Positions 56,873 through 64,000 of a stretch of 64,000 bases of DNA are shown one piece after another. Within the stretch, counting starts at the first letter, position 1, and each line of letters opens with the position of its first letter. Source of the stretch: an uncultured delta proteobacterium. Lineage in GTDB: Bacteria; Myxococcota; Myxococcia; Myxococcales; Myxococcaceae. The stretch lies in assembly GCA_963776345.1 (NCBI GenBank), contig CAVZMH010000018.1:64001-128000 (forward strand), given 5' to 3'. The notes beneath the pieces were generated by a model. The model saw only the letters and a program-made list of their open reading frames with translations, had not been told where the DNA came from and did not search any database. The position numbers and the translations under genes were made by a program.

Positions 56873-59347
56873 TCAGCGGCGCCCGCGGACGTTCTGGGTG
56901 AGTCGAAGGACGTCGGCGAGCACGCCCGCGGCGGTGACGTCGCCCCCGGCGCCCGCGCCGCGGACGATGAGCGGGTAGTCCTGGTAGCGGGCGGTGGTGA
57001 ACGCCACCAGCGCCTCGGCCCCGCGCAGCGGCACCGCGGGGTGCCCGGCGTCGACCGCCACCGGCCCGACGTGCACCCTCGGTCCCTCCGCCCCGGGGAC
57101 GATCTGCACCAGGTAGCGGAGCGTCCGCCCCGCGGCCGCGTACCGGGCCACCTGCGCCGCGAAGGCCTCGTCGTGCGCCACGAGCTGCCGGAGGAAGCGC
57201 TCCGGATCGTCCTCGACCAGGAGCGCCGCGTCGACGAACGGCTCGACCGCCACGTCCGCCAGCTCGATCTGGAGCCCGAGCTCGCGCGCGAGGATGAGCG
57301 CCTTCCGGGCCACGTCGAGGCCGGACAGGTCGTCGCGCGGGTGCGGCTCGGTGTAGCCGCGGTCGCGCGCGGTGCGCACCGCGACCGAGAGCGGCGTCCC
57401 GGCCATCACCTGCTGGCAGAGGAAGCCCAGCGTGCCGGAGAGGCTGCCGTCGATGCGCTCCACGACGTCACCGGTGGCCACCAGGTTCTTCAGCGTCTCG
57501 ATGACCGGCAGGCCCGCGCCCACCGTCGTCTCGTAGTGCCAGGCCCGGAAGTGCTGCCGCGCGACGTCGAACACCTCTGCCCGGCGCCCCGCTGGCAGCG
57601 CCAGCGGCTTCTTGTTCGCCGCGACCACGTGGATGCCGCGCCGGAAGGCCTCCACGTACAGCGCCTCCATGCCGTCGGCGGCGGTGCAGTCCACCAGCAC
57701 CGGCACGGGCAGGCGCGACAGGCGGTCCAGGAGCTGCGCCATGACGGGCGGGGAGGCGGTCGGCGCGCTGGAGCGCGGTGGGAGCTGGGAGGGGATGAGC
57801 CCCCGGGGGTCGACGTGCGCCCCGTGGCGATCCACCACCCCGAACAGCCGGGTGGCGACGCCCTGGCGAGCCCGCAGCGACTCGCGCGTCGCCTCGAGCT
57901 GGGCCAGGAATCGCCCGCCCACCGTGCCCCGGCCGAGCAGGAGCACGTTCACCTCGGTCTCGGCGAGGTTGAACGCCGCGTGCACCGTCCGCACCGCCTC
58001 CGCGGTGTCGGCGGCGTCCACCACGCAGCCGATGCTCCGGGAGCTCGCACCCTGGGCGATCGCCCGCACGTTGATGCCCACGTTCCCCAGCGCGCCGAAG
58101 AAGCGGCCGGCGACGTTCGGCCAGTGCCCCATCGCCTCGGCCACCAGGCTCACCAGGGACACCGGCTCGCGGGCTGGGGGCAGCTCCACCTCCCCCCCGG
58201 CGAGCAGGTCGGCCAGCGCCGTCTCGAGCACCGTGCGCGCGCGCCCCGCCTCCGCGACGTCCACCACCGCCGCCAGGCTCTGGCCGTGGCCCGACTGGGT
58301 GACCATCCAGACCCGGATCCGCCCCTCCTCCAGCGCCGAGAGGACCCGGACGGCGAGCGACGTCTCGGGCGCCGGCAGGCGCGACTCCACCGCCAGGAGC
58401 GCCAGCTCCTCGAGACTCGTGACGCAGGTGGGCCGGTGCGGATCCGGGTTCCCCTGCGCGTCGATGACCGTGCCCTCGCCGCCGTCCACCGTGCTGCGGA
58501 TCCGCAGGCGCGCCCCGCTCTGCTCGAGCGGGAGCACCGTGCGGCGGTGGAACATGCGCAGCCCGAAGTGCGCCAGCTCCTGCGCCTCGTGCCAGGTGAG
58601 CCGAGGCACCGGGTAGGCCTCCTCGACCAATCCCGGGTCGGCGGTCATGACGCCCGACACGTCGGTCCAGATGGTCACCTCGGCGGCGCCGAGCAGGGCG
58701 GCCAGCGTGGTGGCGGCGTAGTCCGAGCCGTTTCGCCCCAGGGTGGTCGTGGAGCCGTCCGGCGCCCGGCCGATGAAGCCGGTCACCACCGGGATCTGCT
58801 GCTCCCACTGCGCGCGGCGCTCGAGCACCGGGCGCAGGCTGGCACCGAGGTCCACGCTCGCGTCCCCGTGCCGGTCGTCGGTCCGGAAGACCTCGCGTGC
58901 GTCCACCGCCAGCCCGGGCAGTCCCGCCGACCGCAGCGCCGCGGCCACCAGCCGCGACGACAGCCGCTCCCCCACCGAGAGGAGCAGATCGAGCGCGGCG
59001 GGCGAGGGGGCGCGGGCTGCGACCAGGGCGGAGAGCGCGCCGGCGCCGTCGGCGGCGATCTCACTCCAGGGCCGCTCCAGCTCGGCGAGCGCCCCGGGAG
59101 CGAGCACCTCGGCGCCGCGCGTGCGGGCCAGCTCGAGCGCCCGCTCCAGCCCGGCGCGCGCCTGGACCTCGTCGCCCCCAGCGGCGGCCCGGCCTGCCTC
59201 GAGCAGCCACTCGGTCGTGTCGCCGAGCGCGCTGACCACCAGGGCCAGCGGCCGCTCGGCCTCGGCCACCCGGCGGAGCACGACCGGGAGCCGGCCGGGT
59301 GCGCCGAGCGACGAGCCGCCGAACTTGTACACCTGCCACGGACTCAT
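56873..59347 (-). CDS. Bifunctional aspartokinase/homoserine dehydrogenase (ThrA/MetL-like)
   Basis: KFGGSS, LGRNGSDY, ACT domains, GRGTVG, ANKK, YETTVGAGLP, EPHPRDDLSG, GAGAGGDVTA. Confidence 0.95.
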   Translation of the reverse strand: MSPWQVYKFGGSSLGAPGRLPVVLRRVAEAERPLALVVSALGDTTEWLLEAGRAAAGGDEVQARAGLERALELARTRGAEVLAPGALAELERPWSEIAADGAGALSALVAARAPSPAALDLLLSVGERLSSRLVAAALRSAGLPGLAVDAREVFRTDDRHGDASVDLGASLRPVLERRAQWEQQIPVVTGFIGRAPDGSTTTLGRNGSDYAATTLAALLGAAEVTIWTDVSGVMTADPGLVEEAYPVPRLTWHEAQELAHFGLRMFHRRTVLPLEQSGARLRIRSTVDGGEGTVIDAQGNPDPHRPTCVTSLEELALLAVESRLPAPETSLAVRVLSALEEGRIRVWMVTQSGHGQSLAAVVDVAEAGRARTVLETALADLLAGGEVELPPAREPVSLVSLVAEAMGHWPNVAGRFFGALGNVGINVRAIAQGASSRSIGCVVDAADTAEAVRTVHAAFNLAETEVNVLLLGRGTVGGRFLAQLEATRESLRARQGVATRLFGVVDRHGAHVDPRGLIPSQLPPRSSAPTASPPVMAQLLDRLSRLPVPVLVDCTAADGMEALYVEAFRRGIHVVAANKKPLALPAGRRAEVFDVARQHFRAWHYETTVGAGLPVIETLKNLVATGDVVERIDGSLSGTLGFLCQQVMAGTPLSVAVRTARDRGYTEPHPRDDLSGLDVARKALILARELGLQIELADVAVEPFVDAALLVEDDPERFLRQLVAHDEAFAAQVARYAAAGRTLRYLVQIVPGAEGPRVHVGPVAVDAGHPAVPLRGAEALVAFTTARYQDYPLIVRGAGAGGDVTAAGVLADVLRLTQNVRGRR

Positions 59348-60492
59348 GGGGTGCTCCCGACGGCCAGGCGGACCAGCGGATCCAGCGCGTCCCACTCGAT
59401 GAGGAAGGCGTCGTGCCCGTGCGGGCTCCGCACGGTGGCCCGGCGCGCCTCGGCGCCGTGCGCGGTCAGCCAGTCGGCCAGCACGTCGACCTGGGCCGGG
59501 GTGAAGAGCTGATCGGTGTCGATGTCCACGCAGAGGGCGAACGCCCCCAGCGGCCCGCCCGGCGTCCCCGGCGGGGGCGCGTCGAGGTCGTGGGTGTCCA
59601 TCGCCTCGAGCTGGAGCAGGTAGGCCCGGGCGTCGAACCGCCGCCGGAGCTTCTTGCCCTGGTGCTCGAGGTAGCTCTGGACGGGCAGCGTCCAGGGCGC
59701 CTCCGGAGGCCGTCCGGCGCGCCGGTGCTGCCGCGCATCGAGCGACGGCTCGGCGCGGTAGGTCAGCATCGCCAGCTGGCGGGCGAGCTCCAGGCCCCGG
59801 CTCACGTCCGATGGCCAGCCCGGGTCGAGCCGGAGGATCTGCCGCTGCACGTGGTTCCACCCGGTGACCCAGGCGCTCGAGGCGCTCGAGGTGCCGATGG
59901 GCAGGAGGCGCTCCACCGCCCCCGGGCGGAGCACCGGGAGGCAGAGGGCGATCATCCCCCCGAGCGACGCGCCGGTGGCGAGGCGGAGCCGGGGAACCCC
60001 GAGCACGTCCAGGAGCGCCCACAGCGCCCGGGTCTGGTCCCACGGCGTGAGCCGCGCGAGGCCGTCCGGCCAGCCAGCGTCGAGCGGTCCCGAGCTCCCG
60101 TAGCAGCTGCCCAGGTTGTTGGCGCAGAGCACGCGGACGCGCGCCGGGTCGAGCGGCCGGCCCGGGCCGATGAGCGGCGCCCACCAGCCGTCCGGGCCCG
60201 CGGCCCGGGCGTCCCCGGTGAGCGCGTGGATGACCAGCACCGTCGGGACCGCTGGATCCAGCCCTGCGCCGGCCCCCGCCCGCAGCGGCACGGAGCGCGC
60301 CACCGGCTCCGCGGCCTCCGGGCTCACCTGCGTTCCCAGGCGCTCCAGGACGGGGAGGTCCGTCTCCGGCCCCCACCACTGCACCCGGGCGTGGTGGGGG
60401 TCCACCGTGGCCCCGCCGAGCAGGGTCAGCGGCGGAAGCCGCAGGTCGAAGAGCCGCGGGGAGGCCGCGGCGCTGGGGCGGGCGCCGGCCAT
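59344..60492 (-). CDS. metX: Homoserine O-acyltransferase (MetX family)
   Basis: HALTGD, LGSCYGSSGP, GASLGGM nucleophile, GHDAFL. Confidence 0.9.
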   Translation of the reverse strand: MAGARPSAAASPRLFDLRLPPLTLLGGATVDPHHARVQWWGPETDLPVLERLGTQVSPEAAEPVARSVPLRAGAGAGLDPAVPTVLVIHALTGDARAAGPDGWWAPLIGPGRPLDPARVRVLCANNLGSCYGSSGPLDAGWPDGLARLTPWDQTRALWALLDVLGVPRLRLATGASLGGMIALCLPVLRPGAVERLLPIGTSSASSAWVTGWNHVQRQILRLDPGWPSDVSRGLELARQLAMLTYRAEPSLDARQHRRAGRPPEAPWTLPVQSYLEHQGKKLRRRFDARAYLLQLEAMDTHDLDAPPPGTPGGPLGAFALCVDIDTDQLFTPAQVDVLADWLTAHGAEARRATVRSPHGHDAFLIEWDALDPLVRLAVGSTP

Positions 60493-60496
60493 CACG

Positions 60497-61864
<1,368 letters not shown>

Positions 61865-62003
61865 TCACTCGACGGCAGAAGAAGGAAACGTCAGCGAGTC
61901 TTCGTTGCGGGACTCAGGGACGCCGCTTCGACCCCGGGGAGGAGACCACCGTCTCCAGTCGGCCCCGGGCGTACGCCCCTGATCGTTCGGGAGAGGAGGT
62001 CGG

Positions 62004-62114
62004 TCAGCAACAGCACCGACAACAACACTCCCCCGCGACGGAGCGTCCGCCCGGGCCACGCATGGGCGTGGCCCCGCCGCGAATTCGCCCCATCTGGGAA
62101 GTGCTCTTCCTCAC
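62004..62114 (-). CDS. Poly-cysteine leader peptide (36 aa, ends ECCCRCCC), candidate attenuator uORF
   Basis: GTG AGG AAG ... GAG TGT TGT TGT CGG TGC TGT TGC TGA read on the minus strand; in-frame ATGs at 62093 and 62063; lies between the promoter and metY. Confidence 0.72.
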   Translation of the reverse strand: MRKSTSQMGRIRGGATPMRGPGGRSVAGECCCRCCC

Positions 62115-62122
62115 GGGCACGG

Positions 62123-62152
62123 ACGGTAATGACCGCCCGCGTCAGCTGTCAA
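62123..62152 (-). promoter_or_regulatory. Sigma70-type promoter of the leader-metY operon
   Basis: TTGACA (62152-62147), 18 nt, TACCGT (62128-62123). Confidence 0.65.
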
Positions 62153-63660
62153 GCGCGGGCCCGCTTGCCCCGGGATTTCCACACCTTCGCCATCCAGCGC
62201 TCGACGTCCGACGCCTCGCTGGGGATGTCGGCGGAGAGGTTCCGCACGCCCCGGGGGGTGACCACGACGTCGTCCTCGATGCGCACGCCGATGCCCCGGT
62301 ACCGGGCAGGGACGGTCAGGTCGTCGGTCTGGAAGTAGAGGCCCGGCTCCACGGTGAGCACCATCCCGGGCTTGAGCTGACCGAGCTTGTAGGCCTCGGT
62401 GCGGGCCTGGGCGCAGTCGTGCACGTCCAGCCCGAGCATGTGGCTCACGTTGTGGAGCGAGTAGCGCTTGTAGAACTGGTTCTGGTCGGCCAGCGCCACC
62501 GCCGCGTCCTCGAGGATGCCCAGGCGCTCCAGCCCCTCCGCCAGCACCTTCATCGCCGCGCGGTTCGGGTCGAGGAAGTCCTTCCCCGGCTTCACCTCGG
62601 CGAAGGCCGCGGCCTGGGCCGCGTGCACCAGCTCGTAGATCTCCCGCTGCTCGCGGCTGAAGCGCCCGGAGACGGGCAGAGTGCGGGTGATGTCCGCGGT
62701 GTAGAGGGAGTGCGCCTCGACACCCGCGTCGAGCAGGAGCAAGGTCCCTGGCCGCACGTCTCCCTCGTTCTTCACCCAGTGGAGGATGCAGGCGTGCTCG
62801 CCGGCGGCGGCGATGGTGTTGTACCCGATGTCGTTGCCCTCCACCCTGGCGCGCAGGTTGAAGATGCCCTCCACCTCGCGCTCGTGGCGGGCGGTGCGCA
62901 GCCCGGCGATGACGTCCTCGAAGCCGCGCTTGGTCGAGGCGATGGCCGCGGACAGCTCGCGGACCTCCTGCGCGTCCTTGATCAGCCGCATCTCGGAGAG
63001 CGCCGTGGCGAGCTCCTTGTCGCGCAGGGTCTCCTCCAGCGCCCTGTCCGCCGCAGGGCTCATGCCGCGAAGCACGCGCACCGGCCGGGTCGCTGGACCG
63101 CGCAGCGTCGCCAGGGCCGCCGGGAGCTCGGCCAGCGCGCGCGCCTGGTGCACGTCGAAGCGGGCCTGGCTCTGGGGGACGCCCAGACGCGGGCCCACCC
63201 ACAGCTCGCCCTTGTTCCGGTCGGTGAAGAACGTCGAGTCGCTCTTGCCGGGGTTGGGCTCGACGAAGAGCACGTCGCGGTGCCCGCCGCCGGCCTCCGG
63301 CACCATCATCAGCACGCAGTCGGGCTCGAGGTTGCCGGTGAGGTAGTAGAAGTCGGTCCCCGGGCGGAACCGGTAGAAGGTGTCGTTGGCCCGCACCTTC
63401 TCGTGCCCGGTGGGAATGACCAGCGTCTCGCCGGGGAAGAGCTGCGAGAGCGCGCGCCGCCGGGCGGCGAAGGCGGCCGCGTTCCGGATCTTCGGCGGCA
63501 TCCGGGTGCTGGCCGGCTTCCAGTCCCGCACCATGAACTCGAGCAGCGCCGGGGGTGGCGCCGTGTCGTGCGTCGCCGGCTTGGCCGCGGGCTCGGCAGG
63601 AGCCGGCTCCGCGGTCCGCGAGCGGGCGACCTCGGCGGGAGTGGTCGGGGGGTGTGCCAT
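62149..63660 (-). CDS. pepP: Xaa-Pro aminopeptidase (M24B)
   Basis: LLDAG, ADITRT, HMLGLDVHD, TVEPGLY, GVRIEDD. Confidence 0.95.
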   Translation of the reverse strand: MAHPPTTPAEVARSRTAEPAPAEPAAKPATHDTAPPPALLEFMVRDWKPASTRMPPKIRNAAAFAARRRALSQLFPGETLVIPTGHEKVRANDTFYRFRPGTDFYYLTGNLEPDCVLMMVPEAGGGHRDVLFVEPNPGKSDSTFFTDRNKGELWVGPRLGVPQSQARFDVHQARALAELPAALATLRGPATRPVRVLRGMSPAADRALEETLRDKELATALSEMRLIKDAQEVRELSAAIASTKRGFEDVIAGLRTARHEREVEGIFNLRARVEGNDIGYNTIAAAGEHACILHWVKNEGDVRPGTLLLLDAGVEAHSLYTADITRTLPVSGRFSREQREIYELVHAAQAAAFAEVKPGKDFLDPNRAAMKVLAEGLERLGILEDAAVALADQNQFYKRYSLHNVSHMLGLDVHDCAQARTEAYKLGQLKPGMVLTVEPGLYFQTDDLTVPARYRGIGVRIEDDVVVTPRGVRNLSADIPSEASDVERWMAKVWKSRGKRARA

Positions 63661-63732
63661 GTCGAGCGAGCCTCCGGTCGGGGGCAGGAAACTAGCGCCG
63701 GCCCGCGCCGAGGTACAGGCGCAGTCCGGTGC

Positions 63733-64000
63733 TCAGCGCCGGCCCGTCGCCCACCCGAGCGCGAACGGGACGACGGTCTCGCTGCGGAGCGTCCGCGGCC
63801 CGAAGCCCAGCGGACGGAACCCGCGCGCCTCGAGCAGCGTGCGCTCGAACGGCACCCAGCCGCCCTCCGGGCCGATGGCCAGCGCCAGCCGTCCCTCGGG
63901 CGATGGGCGCCGGGGCCCGTCGTCCCCCGGATGCAGGAGCCAGCGTTCACCCGGGCCGAGCAGCGCGTCCATCCGGTCCTCCACGAAGGGGCGGAACCGC
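63733..64000 (-). CDS. rsmE: 16S rRNA m3U1498 methyltransferase RsmE, 5'-truncated by the window edge
   Basis: IGPEGGW and GPRTLRSETV motifs. Confidence 0.85.
   Translation of the reverse strand, partial: RFRPFVEDRMDALLGPGERWLLHPGDDGPRRPSPEGRLALAIGPEGGWVPFERTLLEARGFRPLGFGPRTLRSETVVPFALGWATGRR

Overview
Very GC-rich bacterial chromosome segment; gene content and order (tRNA-Leu-tig-clpP-clpX...lon, many sigma54 systems, Ser/Thr kinase-TPR) suggest Myxococcota, which is an inference. Left to right: a hybrid kinase, a transglutaminase-TPR lipoprotein, tRNA-Lys(CTT), an Xis/HTH_17-PBP regulator, an RND efflux operon with a divergent HK/sigma54 regulator and a porin. A ~23 kb carboxylate/acetate-type locus follows (15.4-38.9 kb): porin, MHS-MFS transporter, antiporter, two tandem CBS-DUF294 nucleotidyltransferases, a pseudo-kinase-exonuclease fusion, a stand-alone REC protein, an SLC5-histidine kinase, DUF4212 plus an ActP-like symporter, a degenerate Acs, and cbrX-cbrA-cbrB-like genes. 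The right part is housekeeping genes and a metY-metX-aspartokinase/homoserine dehydrogenase operon. Main observations: (1) a 36-codon, probably leaderless ORF ending in CCCRCCC, absent from the ORF track, upstream of metY in a structured leader (candidate cysteine-sensing attenuator); (2) a readable sigma54 regulon, with a CGTTAC-N5-GTAACG palindrome 56-78 bp upstream of four GG-N10-GC promoters, probably read by the CbrB-like activator; (3) an Acs homolog lacking its catalytic motifs; (4) a His-less kinase fused to a DEDDh exonuclease, next to duplicated nucleotidyltransferases; (5) a 10-bp phased repeat array upstream of the HTH_17 regulator. Many single-base frameshifts between 6.6 and 33 kb look like long-read assembly errors. 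All family assignments come from motif recognition by eye; no searches were run.
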